A stretch of DNA of 64,000 nucleotides. Origin: a virus. The position numbers were made by a program, and so were the translations under genes. How positions within the stretch are numbered: position 1 is the stretch's first letter; each line of letters starts with the position of its first letter. Of the stretch, positions 50,823-61,200 are shown piece after piece. The stretch is taken from the IMG/VR virus record IMGVR_UViG_3300042508_000910; one strand, written 5' to 3'. The notes below the pieces were generated by a model. It had not been told where the DNA came from. It saw only the letters and a program-made list of their open reading frames with translations, and did no database searches.

Positions 50823-52840
50823 ATATTAAAATAGGCAAAGGTGGAAGTGGTAAGATTAATTCTACTAAAAGTGGCGGTGGAAAATTAAATGAAAAAAAAT
50901 ACATAGATCTTTTACCACCAACTTTTATAAGCAAAGTTACATTATCTGGTGGAACATATAGTAATGGAATCTATACTAGAAATTCTGGTGGAACAACAAC
51001 TTTTGATGGACCAGATGGTAAGACAATCATTTGGAATGGATTAGATAGATGGAGAGCGTATGACCCAGATTATGTTGGAGGAAATGATCCAACATTTGAA
51101 TCATTTGATCTAATTACTTGGATTCAGGCAGAAGCGCCTGGAAATTTACCAATTGGTGTAACAGAAAATTCTTTAACTTTTCTTTTTGATCCAGTTTTTT
51201 ATAAAAGTCAAATACAAAATGAAAGATATAAGATTTTATTACAAGGTTGTTCTTTAGATTATGTAAATGGAATATATAGTTTAAGTTTAGATGTGGGACT
51301 CTATAATGGTCGTGGATATTATATAAAAGATGATGATCAAGCTATGGTTATCTACTATGAAGCAGGAAATTGGTATATTTATGATGAGGATGAAAGAGAC
51401 TATACTAGTCTATTTTATAAAATTGAAGGAGGAGGGAATACAACAACTAGACCATTTGTTTTAGATTGGTCAACTCCTGATGGCGGAGATGCTTATGACG
51501 ATGGTCAAACTCCACCAGCAATGGGTGAGTATTTAAATCAACAATATAAAAATGGTGGAAGACTAGATCCTGCTTTTCTAGAACAAATTCGAGATTATCA
51601 AATAGATAATACTGTTCCAAATCAAGGACTTAATCCACTTTCTCCGCAACATATTGCTGGTGCAGCTTTTAATACAAAAAAAGGTCAAATAAAAAATAAT
51701 ACATTTTCATATATAAAATATTCTGATAATAGTGATGTTGAAGCTAAGAAATTAAATAAATGGTATGGTTCAATTTACAGCACAAATCCTCCTGTAGATA
51801 GCAAATGGCCATTATTAAAAATAAATAGAAATGATAGTCAAAATATTTTTTCGATTGGAGGAGGCGTATTCTCTACATTAAATATGTTTGTAAGATTACA
51901 GCGCCCAGTTTCTCATAAGAATCCAGACAATGGATATATTGTGAGAGAAAAAAGAGGAATTTTTTGCACTTCAAGGTCTCAAAATAATACTCCATTTTCT
52001 ATAGGATATCGTTCTCCATATTATAATATAGTTGGAAGACCTAGCTATAAAAGTGTTTTTAATAATTTTAGTTTTGTTTTTAGTTTTGGTCATTTTGGTT
52101 ATAGTGAAACTTTTAATAGACCAATTTCTTTTAATCTTATGACAGATTATAAATTTAATTTTGGCGAGATGTATATGTTAACAATTAGATCCAATGATAC
52201 TTATATAGAAATTTATATAAATGGTGAACTTCAAAGTATTGCATTAGCGCCTTCTAATCCTCTTGTTAATCCGAGTTATTATGCTCAGTTCGATGAACTA
52301 CTTATTGATGGAGGAGATTATGGGAATGGATATTATACCCGTGTCGCAGGAGGTACAACAACTTTTGATGGACCAGATGGAAAATACATTGAATGGGCAG
52401 GATCTTTTTGGTATCTTTGGGATCCAGCAGATCCAGAATATTCCAATGGTGTACCTTCATATGGTTCATCTGATTTAATTACATGGTTTGTAGAAGGAGC
52501 GATTAATCCACCTAATGGTACTTTCACTAGAAAAATACAATATAGAAAACTTTATAAAGATCGTCGTGATGAGATACCTCTTGGTCCAGGTTTTTATAAA
52601 AAAGATGGAACAATCTATCCTCATACAAATACACAATTCTATTTTAATAATACTTTCAATTTTAATTATTTAATATTCGGTAAATCAGCTTTATCTCATG
52701 GAATAAGACTTTTTAATTCAAAAAAGAAAAGAAGATACCTCAACAATTTAGATATTGGTGTAATTAATTCGTATAGCACTGCTCTTTCTCAGACTGAAAT
52801 TTCTCAGATTTATAATAATTTTAGATATAGATATATCTAA
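50819..52840 (+). CDS. Putative virion protein with LamG-like segments and an internal duplication
   Basis: IEIYINGEL and YSTALSQTEISQIYN; two copies of YTR..GGTTTFDGPDGK.I.W...DLITW. Confidence 0.55.
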   Translation: MNIKIGKGGSGKINSTKSGGGKLNEKKYIDLLPPTFISKVTLSGGTYSNGIYTRNSGGTTTFDGPDGKTIIWNGLDRWRAYDPDYVGGNDPTFESFDLITWIQAEAPGNLPIGVTENSLTFLFDPVFYKSQIQNERYKILLQGCSLDYVNGIYSLSLDVGLYNGRGYYIKDDDQAMVIYYEAGNWYIYDEDERDYTSLFYKIEGGGNTTTRPFVLDWSTPDGGDAYDDGQTPPAMGEYLNQQYKNGGRLDPAFLEQIRDYQIDNTVPNQGLNPLSPQHIAGAAFNTKKGQIKNNTFSYIKYSDNSDVEAKKLNKWYGSIYSTNPPVDSKWPLLKINRNDSQNIFSIGGGVFSTLNMFVRLQRPVSHKNPDNGYIVREKRGIFCTSRSQNNTPFSIGYRSPYYNIVGRPSYKSVFNNFSFVFSFGHFGYSETFNRPISFNLMTDYKFNFGEMYMLTIRSNDTYIEIYINGELQSIALAPSNPLVNPSYYAQFDELLIDGGDYGNGYYTRVAGGTTTFDGPDGKYIEWAGSFWYLWDPADPEYSNGVPSYGSSDLITWFVEGAINPPNGTFTRKIQYRKLYKDRRDEIPLGPGFYKKDGTIYPHTNTQFYFNNTFNFNYLIFGKSALSHGIRLFNSKKKRRYLNNLDIGVINSYSTALSQTEISQIYNNFRYRYI

Positions 52841-52969
52841 CAAAAGACTTGATCCAGTTCGCTGGTAGAATAGATAACACCAAGCGTGGTAAAATAGATT
52901 AGCATAATGTTCTATCCGTTATGCTAATTTTAATTTAATTTAAATCCTTAATAAGTGTATAATATATAA

Positions 52970-53389
52970 ATGAGCATAAACAATCCCGATAATTTCGGCT
53001 TTGAGCCTATAAAAGCCGCCAGATCTGGTCCAAAATCATCCGCTCAAACTCCTGCTAAACCTAGCGAAAGGAGAAAGGGCTCGTCTAAAAATAAACCAGG
53101 AAGTGCTGGTACTAAAAGCGACAAAGCTATTGAATTTTCTAAGAAAGTAATAGAAGCTCTTCAAAATAAAGTAAAAGAACACAATAGTAAAAATAAGAAA
53201 AAAGTAACTCTTGGTCAATTAAAGAAAGTCTTTAGAAGAGGCGCAGGAGCATATAGTACCTCTCATAGGCCAGGAATTTCAAGAACTGCTTGGGGATTAG
53301 CAAGGGTGAATGCATTTCTTAGAATGGTTAGAGGTGGAAAAGTCAAAGATTCTTATCGTCAAGCAGATAAAGATTTAATGTCAAAATGA
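52970..53389 (+). CDS. Basic hypothetical head-region protein
   Basis: [19 protein letters not shown]...[10 protein letters not shown]. Confidence 0.6.
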   Translation: MSINNPDNFGFEPIKAARSGPKSSAQTPAKPSERRKGSSKNKPGSAGTKSDKAIEFSKKVIEALQNKVKEHNSKNKKKVTLGQLKKVFRRGAGAYSTSHRPGISRTAWGLARVNAFLRMVRGGKVKDSYRQADKDLMSK

Positions 53390-53913
53390 ATAATAAATTT
53401 AAAAGAGGAGATTTTAATTCTGTAACTCAAAAATATTTTTGGAGTTATATCAATGAACGCAGAGAATACTGGATAAATTTAGATAAATTTAATGAATATA
53501 AAAATCGTCAAAAAACAAAAGAATATAAAGATAAAAAAAAGACATCTGATGCAAACTATAGACCAATTGCCAATTTAAAAAGAAAATTAAAATATCAAAA
53601 TGATATAAATTATAAAAATAGAGTTTTAAATAAAAATAGATTAACTAGAAAGAAAAAAGCTTTAAGAACTCTAGAGCAATTAGCAAAACATGCAAATTAT
53701 CAAAGAGCAAGAGACGCAAGAATGAAATCGCCTAAAATATTAAAAGATTTTTGTCAAATATTTTATGATACAGCTAAATATTTTGAATCTATAACAGGTA
53801 AAAAATATCATGTAGATCATATTGTTCCTTTATCTAAAGGTGGGGTTCATGTTCCTTGGAATCTACAAGTTTTAACGGCGGAGGAGAATATTAAAAAATC
53901 TAATAATATATGA
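53386..53913 (+). CDS. HNH endonuclease
   Basis: [33 protein letters not shown]. Confidence 0.9.
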   Translation: MNNKFKRGDFNSVTQKYFWSYINERREYWINLDKFNEYKNRQKTKEYKDKKKTSDANYRPIANLKRKLKYQNDINYKNRVLNKNRLTRKKKALRTLEQLAKHANYQRARDARMKSPKILKDFCQIFYDTAKYFESITGKKYHVDHIVPLSKGGVHVPWNLQVLTAEENIKKSNNI

Positions 53914-54101
53914 AAAAAAATGAAATAGAAATAGACGCTGCAGAGAATATAGAAATAAATGATCAAGATTTACAAGAAGCTCTTGCGGATATAGAAAAAT
54001 ATCAATTAAATGATTTTGATTTTGATAGCGTCGAAGAACTTTATCTCGATGATGAGAGTGACGGACAAATTTACGGTTTCGAATTTTAAGAGGATAAAAA
54101 T

Positions 54102-55655
54102 ATGGACACAAAATACACAACAATTTTTAGCTCTGAACTAAAATGTATAGTTTCAGAGGAAAAAGATTTGCATCTTAGCGTAGCTTCTCTAGATAGTCTA
54201 AGAGCATTTCTTCCAAATATTGATACTGATAAAAATATAGATTTATTGCCAATCTCGACAAATGCTTTTGTTGCTGGCAGAGTTAATCGTAATGGTGATG
54301 TTGTAGATAATAAAACAGCAGTAGAGATTGCAAAATATTTTGTTAATAAGCCAATTAATCTTGAACATAATCGTACTCAAGTAGTTGGTTGTATTTTAAA
54401 TTATGGTTTTAATACTTTTGGTAGCGAAGAACCAATGACAGAAGAACAAGCTCTTAACAGCAAAGATCCATTTAATGTTGCTCTTGGTGGTGTTATGTGG
54501 AAAGTTGTTAATAAAGATCTAGCTAATCTTGTTGAAGAAAGCAACGATCCAACTAGTCCAAATTATATGAGAGTTAGCGCAAGTTGGGAACTTGGTTTTA
54601 ATGAGTATCAATTTGTCGTATTAGATAATGATAAGAAGAACATTATGGAAGGTAGAATCATAGAAGATGTTGATGAAATGGAAAAATTAAAGTCCAAATC
54701 TAGAGCTTTTGGTGGAACAGGCATGCTACCAAATGGTCAAAAAATATATAGACTTGTAACTGGTAATATTATACCACTAGGTATAGGTCTGACAGGTACT
54801 CCAGCAGCAGATGTAGTAGGAGTTGCCACAAACGAGAAGAAGCCTGATTTAGCTATTTTATCCCTTAAAAAGGATGATGAAGAAGGCGAAAATGAAGAGA
54901 ATGAATCAGAAGCTAAAACTGATGAAAAAATTAGTATTTCACAAAATACAGATTTAAATGTAAATTCAGATAATAAGAATAATAATATTATGAAAATAAC
55001 CAAAATCGAAGATATTACAGCTGAATCCCTTAAGGAGATTCAAGCCTCTCAAGTTGCAGAATTCATCGCAGAAGAAATTAAAAAAGCTTCTGACGTTTTT
55101 CTTGCTGAAAAGAATGAAAAAGATGAAGCTATCAAAGCTGCAACAGAAAAATACGAAGCTCTTACTAAAGATAACGCAACAGTAAAAGAAGAACTAGAAA
55201 AAGTAAAAGCTACTCTAGCTGCCCTCGAAGAAGAGAAAGCCGCTAAGATTCGTGAAGAAGTTTTCAATGTTCGTATGGCCTCTTTTGATGAGGAATACGA
55301 TCTATCTGATGAAGATCGTCAAGTTCTTGCAACAGATATTAAAGATTTAAATGACGAAAGTTTTGCTGCTTATAAAAATAAGATGACAGTTCTTATGAAA
55401 GAAAAAAGTAAGGCTGTTAAAAAAGCAAAAATGGCAAAAGAAGCTGAGATGAAAGAAAAAGAAAAAGCTATGGCTACTGAAGTAGTAGCTAAAGTTGAAA
55501 TCAAAGCTTCTGATGCTAAAGAAGTAGTCAATCAAGCTTTAGACAATGGTATCAAGCAGGTAACAGATGTTCCTGCTACTGCCACTGCTAATGAACCTTC
55601 CTTGTACGATAGGTACAAGAAAGCTTTTAGCATCGAAGGTTTTAATGTATCATAA
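54102..55655 (+). CDS. Putative prohead protease/scaffold protein
   Basis: NRNGD, KPINLEH and SASWE in the N-terminal domain, then a long acidic coiled coil; upstream of the capsid genes. Confidence 0.65.
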   Translation: MDTKYTTIFSSELKCIVSEEKDLHLSVASLDSLRAFLPNIDTDKNIDLLPISTNAFVAGRVNRNGDVVDNKTAVEIAKYFVNKPINLEHNRTQVVGCILNYGFNTFGSEEPMTEEQALNSKDPFNVALGGVMWKVVNKDLANLVEESNDPTSPNYMRVSASWELGFNEYQFVVLDNDKKNIMEGRIIEDVDEMEKLKSKSRAFGGTGMLPNGQKIYRLVTGNIIPLGIGLTGTPAADVVGVATNEKKPDLAILSLKKDDEEGENEENESEAKTDEKISISQNTDLNVNSDNKNNNIMKITKIEDITAESLKEIQASQVAEFIAEEIKKASDVFLAEKNEKDEAIKAATEKYEALTKDNATVKEELEKVKATLAALEEEKAAKIREEVFNVRMASFDEEYDLSDEDRQVLATDIKDLNDESFAAYKNKMTVLMKEKSKAVKKAKMAKEAEMKEKEKAMATEVVAKVEIKASDAKEVVNQALDNGIKQVTDVPATATANEPSLYDRYKKAFSIEGFNVS

Positions 55656-55674
55656 TATATAGGAGAAAAAATAT

Positions 55675-56232
55675 ATGGCATACAGCTCAAATACAACACT
55701 AATTAAGCCATTTCGCAGCTATGACGAACATGATGTCGTCAATTTGTTTGCGTTTGATGGCACAACCAACAAAGGAACACTTGTAAAAGTAAGTACTGGT
55801 TGGTCAAATACAGATGCTAACGGTGGCATTACTCCAGTTGCAAATCCACATGCTGCAACTTATAATGGCACAGTTAGTCAATATCATGTTTTAACACCAC
55901 GCGTTACAGAGGCTGGAACAGGTGATGCTGCTATCCTCGGTGTCGTTCTAAACGATGTACGTCTAACTGACGACAACGGTGAGTATCTAATTTACAAGCC
56001 AGCTCGCGCTGCTGAACTAAGTGCAGTAGCTTCGGGCCAAGCTGTTCCAGTTCTAACCAAAGGTCTTGTTCTTTACAAGGCTGCTGGTATTAGCGCTGGC
56101 AACAAGGCTTTCGCAAATGGTAACGGAGCAATCTCTGGTGCAGCCACAGTTCCTGCTGGTCGCGCTGAAATTGGTAAGTTCCTAGGAGCCACTGATAGTG
56201 ATGGCTTTGCTCTACTCAAACTAGAGCTCTAA
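55675..56232 (+). CDS. Putative capsid decoration/cement protein
   Basis: 185 aa, Ala/Gly-rich, between scaffold and capsid genes, strong Shine-Dalgarno. Confidence 0.55.
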   Translation: MAYSSNTTLIKPFRSYDEHDVVNLFAFDGTTNKGTLVKVSTGWSNTDANGGITPVANPHAATYNGTVSQYHVLTPRVTEAGTGDAAILGVVLNDVRLTDDNGEYLIYKPARAAELSAVASGQAVPVLTKGLVLYKAAGISAGNKAFANGNGAISGAATVPAGRAEIGKFLGATDSDGFALLKLEL

Positions 56233-56251
56233 TTCATAGGAGAAATTTAAA

Positions 56252-57421
56252 ATGAAATTAAAACTCAAAAATACACCAGAGCAAGTTGAACTCATCAAAG
56301 CTATGGGTTCCCGTAATGGTACAGAGAGCCGCGAAGCCCTAGAAGCTTTTGCAGCTTTTGTTGGACCAGTCGTACAAAAGGTTCTTAATGAAACCGCTCT
56401 ATCTTCTGCCCTCTACACTGATATGGCATTTGATGAAGACGACAGTCCTTCTATCCCACTAGATCTATACTACAACGAAGATGCAGGTCTTATCTCCGTA
56501 TGGAGTCAAAACGTAGCAGGTGGTCTTCCAACTTCTACAGTTGACGTTCCAGTACAAGAGATGAAATTCAGCACCTATCGTCTAGATAGTGCAGTTTCTT
56601 TTGCAAAACGTTATGCTCGTAAGAGCCGTCTAGACGTAGTAAGCAAAGCTATCGAGCGCATGACCCAAGAAGTTCTTGTTAAACAAGAGCGTAATGCTTG
56701 GGCCGTAGTACTCAAAGCAGTTGCTGAAGCAGCCACAAAGAATGGCAAAGCCGCTTCTGTAGGTTCTACAGGATCTCTTCGTCATGTAGTTCATAGCGCT
56801 GGCTCAACAACTGCTGCTGCATTTAATCTAGGAGCTTTAAACACTCTTCTAACACGCATGAAGAGAGTTAGTCAAAGCTTTGCAGGTGGCACAGCTGCTG
56901 AAACTCGTGGAGTAACAGATCTTTTTGTTAGTCCAGAAGTTAAGGCTGCTATCAGATCTTTTGCTTATAACCCATTGTTCACAACAACAATCGGCACAGC
57001 TCAACAAACTCAACTACCAGAAGCTGTCCGCGAAGAAATCTATCGTGGTTCTGGTACAGAAGAGATCTATGGCATCACAATTACTGAACTATTAGAACTT
57101 GGTCTTAACCAAAGATACAATACTCTATTCGGCACAGTATGGAATAATGCTGCTGCTCTAGGTACTGATACTGATGGATTCTATAAGAGTTCATTCACAA
57201 CTTCTAGTGAAGAGCTTATTATAGCAGTTGACGCTACTCGTGACGCATTTGTACGTCCAGTAGCTCGTCAAGCTGAGAGCGGTGGTCAATTCACTGTTCT
57301 ACCAGACGATCAATTCTACGCTGCTCGCCAAGACAAGACAGGCTTCTACGGATTCGTAGAAGAAGGTCGCGTTTGCTTGGACGCTCGCGCAGTAGGTGGT
57401 ATCGTACTAGGCTCAGAGTAA
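56252..57421 (+). CDS. Major capsid protein
   Basis: 389 aa, position after protease/scaffold and decoration genes, strong Shine-Dalgarno, biased codons, followed by a strong terminator. Confidence 0.72.
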   Translation: MKLKLKNTPEQVELIKAMGSRNGTESREALEAFAAFVGPVVQKVLNETALSSALYTDMAFDEDDSPSIPLDLYYNEDAGLISVWSQNVAGGLPTSTVDVPVQEMKFSTYRLDSAVSFAKRYARKSRLDVVSKAIERMTQEVLVKQERNAWAVVLKAVAEAATKNGKAASVGSTGSLRHVVHSAGSTTAAAFNLGALNTLLTRMKRVSQSFAGGTAAETRGVTDLFVSPEVKAAIRSFAYNPLFTTTIGTAQQTQLPEAVREEIYRGSGTEEIYGITITELLELGLNQRYNTLFGTVWNNAAALGTDTDGFYKSSFTTSSEELIIAVDATRDAFVRPVARQAESGGQFTVLPDDQFYAARQDKTGFYGFVEEGRVCLDARAVGGIVLGSE

Positions 57422-57440
57422 TTCTGACTAAGTAAGTTAT

Positions 57441-57482
57441 AGAAACCCCTCAAGGTAACCCCTTGGGGGGTTTTCTTTTTTT
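57441..57482 (+). terminator. Intrinsic terminator
   Basis: GAAACCCCTCAAGG/CCTTGGGGGGTTTTC hairpin followed by a T tract. Confidence 0.88.
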
Positions 57483-57911
57483 GGAAAAAGGTCAGTTTTA
57501 ATATATAATATAATTAAAGGTAAAATTATGGCTAAAAAGAAATTAAATTTAAATGACATTCATCAAGCTCATGGCAAAGATGAAAGTAGAAATTCAGTTC
57601 AAAGTTTAGATCAACTCTGGGGCGATGATGGTATGTCAAAATATAAGACTCTAGATGTTTCAGAATATACTCAGCAACTTGCTGAAATGAATAAGAGTGA
57701 TCTTCAAAATCATGCTGCAAAATTGGGTCTTGTGCCAATTGATAGTCGTGATCTTCTTGTCAAAAGACTTGTTGCAGAGTTTAAAAAACATGCAACAAAA
57801 TATCAAAAAGTTCGCAAGCAGGAAACTAAAGACGAGAGCGTAGAAGCTAAAGTTAGAAAATTATTGTCAGATTAATTCTGATTAATTTTATTGCCATGTG
57901 TAATTATTACT

Positions 57912-58256
57912 ATGGCAACAAGTTATAATATATCTACGTATCAAGGCGACCTTTTTCAAGCAACTCTATCAGTAAAAGACAGTAATAATACTGCTATTAA
58001 TTTAAGCGGTTATCAGATAAGAGGCCAAGTAAGAGCTAGTTATGGCTCTACAGGAGTTTTATTGGATTTAAATCCTACGATTACAAGCCATGTTTCTGGA
58101 ACTATCAATATTAGTTTAGAATCAGAAGTCACAGACTCTTTACCAGTTGGACAATTTGTTTATGATATAGAAAGGTATCCATCTGGTATACCAACAGGAA
58201 ATAGTATAAAATTAATGCTAGGCAAATTTAATGTTTCACCAGAAGTAACGAGGTAA
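57912..58256 (+). CDS. Virion protein (BppU-like N-terminal fold)
   Basis: YQGDLF...INLSGY...GQVR...YDIE...G.F.VSPEVTR; start moved to ATG 57912, 8 nt after GTGTAA. Confidence 0.55.
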   Translation: MATSYNISTYQGDLFQATLSVKDSNNTAINLSGYQIRGQVRASYGSTGVLLDLNPTITSHVSGTINISLESEVTDSLPVGQFVYDIERYPSGIPTGNSIKLMLGKFNVSPEVTR

Positions 58257-58261
58257 AGAAA

Positions 58262-61200
58262 ATGGCAGAAATACAAGTTGATGTCACATTACCTAGTGCA
58301 ACTTCTGTAGATGTAACATCTCCAACACAAGCTCTTGCTGCAAATGTTATAATACCTGGTCCTCAAGGTCCAAGAGGACTACCTTTAAGTTTAAATAATA
58401 TAACTTCAGATTATATCACCATAACTGGACAAGATGGTAATTATGTTTATACAGGGTTAAATACAATTTATATTTCTGGTAATAGTGGATATTTTCAATC
58501 TGCAATCAATACTTTAACAACTAATTTAAATTTGACTGGCGCCAATTTAAATACTTCAATAAATAATTTAAGTGGATTGTTTACTGGATATACTGGTTCT
58601 TTAGATGCAACATATGCAACAGACTCTCAATTACAACAAACAGGAAGCTCTCTTGTTAATTCTATAAATTCACTTAGCGGAACGTTAACTTCTACATATG
58701 CAACAATTACTAATCTTGCTCTCACAGGCTCTACATTACAAACTCAAATAAATAATCTTGATAATACTTATGCTACTGATATAGCTCTTGCTTCTACTGG
58801 AAATACACTACAGACTCAGATTAATAATCTTGGTACGACATATGCAACAGTAACAAATTTAGCTTTAACTGGCTCTACATTAGAGAATAAAATAGGTTCA
58901 CTAAGTGGAACATTAACTTCTGATTATGCTACTATTATTAATCTTGCAAGCACTGGAACAACATTACAAAACTATATAAATTCACTCAGCGGTAGTTCAG
59001 TCTTGTTATACGGAAATCAAACAATAGATGGTACGAAAACTTTTAGAGATAAAGTTTATATTCATGATCTTTATGTTACAGGAACAGAATTCATAGCTAA
59101 TGTACAAAATAATTTTATTGAGAGTCCATATATTCTTCTTAATCTTACTGGTGGCGCAACAGATGGAGGCATTTTCTTTGTCACTGGTTCTGGACTAACT
59201 GGAATAAACGATCTTGGTCCAATCATAGGTTTTGATCATACTGATAAATTTAAATTTGGTATATCCAGCAGAGGATCAGATCTTTCAACATTAAATGATA
59301 TTGCCGCTTTTCAAGATATTACTGCTTATAGTGGTTTTGTTAATAATAAATATGCCACTATAATAAATTTAGCTAGTACTGGTTCTACTCTACAAAATCA
59401 AATAGATAACCTTGGTAATACTTATGCTACTGTAACAAATCTTGCCTCGACTGGTAGTACATTAGAGAGTAAGATAGCTTCCTTAAGTGGTTCAGCAGTT
59501 TTACTATATGGAGACCAAACCATATCTGGTGATAAAACTTTTACACAGAATATAAATATATCAGGTACAGGAACATTTAATGCTGTAGATCTTAATAATA
59601 TAGATCAATTAAGTCTAAGTGGTATAGACATTAGTGTTACGAGTTCAACGGTTAATGTTTATGGTAATATTTTAATCTCTGGTAATCCTGTGCTAACAGG
59701 TATACCAGATGCTAATTGGGCAAGTCAAGCTGAAATAAATTCTTTAAGTGGTCAAGTAGTATTTACTACTGGTGATCAAACGATCAATGGTCTAAAAACT
59801 TTTACATCGGGCATAGATATTTATAGCGGTACAAATCCTCAATCAATCCGAGTATTTAATCAGACAGGAACTAATACTGGTGAGTTTGGATTATTTGGCT
59901 GGCAAAATAATCAATTAGTTATAGGTTCGCAGGCAACTAATTCTGGAATATTAAGAAATATTACAATAACTGGATCAAATATCAACATAACAACAACTGG
60001 AGAAGTATATATTGGGGATGGAGCTTTAAGAGTTGGTAAAAATACGGCAGGTGGTACAAATATTATAGCAGCAGGAACAAATGTTTTATCTCTTCAAGGA
60101 AATGCAACAAATGGTGGTTATGGAAATGTTGCGATTGGGCCAAATGGAGCAGCTCAATTTTTCGTACCATTATATGGATATCCTCAAGTTAGATCAGATG
60201 GTTATTATGCATGGTCAAATAATATTGGAAATGCAGCGTCAACCCCAGATTTATATTTATATCGCGATTCAGCAGGAATTCTTGCTCAACGCAATGGAAC
60301 TAGTGCTCAACAGTTTAGAGTTTATAATTCAACAGGTACAAATTCTGGAGAGTTTGGTTTAATTGGTTGGATTACAGGTTCTGGATTTTCTCCTTCTTTT
60401 ATAATTGGCGCTCAAGCTACTAATAGTGGAATATTGAGATCTTTAATAATTACTGGTGATAGCATAAGTTATAGTGGAAAAAGATTAACTATTGCACATG
60501 CAAATGCTGGTTTATTCTTTGATGCAACTGGTCCAACAATTCGTGGTAATCATTGGGGCGCAGGAGATGCAGGTTTTGTTACTTATAGAAATGGTCTTGA
60601 TATGGGTCGAGGAGGAGCAAAATTCCTACGAGTAGATGCTGGTAGTCCAACAGTAATAGTTGGAAATGGTGCAACTAGTTCTTTAGCAGGTATAGGATTT
60701 GATGGAACAAACTCTAATTTAGATCTTCCAGATGCATTTATTATACGTGATGCTTCTGGAGTTTTATCATTAAGAAATCCAAGAACAAATCTTGGTAATT
60801 CACCTCAACAATTTAGAATTTATAATACAACTGGTACTAATTCTGGTGAATTTGGACTAATTGGATGGCAAAATAATCAACTATTTATTGGAGCCCAAAA
60901 ACAGATCTCAGGAATACTAAGAGATATCGTTGTATCTGGCGCAAATATAAATCTATATGCTATGGGCGATGGAACAGTCCAAGGTGGACAATTACAAATA
61001 CCATATAATACAGATTATAATTCACTAACATTTAGAAATATTCAAAGCAATGTAAACTATTTACAATTAAAAAGATATCTAGGATCTACTTCTGGTCCAT
61101 TATTTACAACTATAGGATTTGCTTCATCAATATCAACAAATAGCGCTTCTACTGCAGATCTTCTTGTAGAAAGAGATGCCGCTGGAATCTTAGCTCAACG

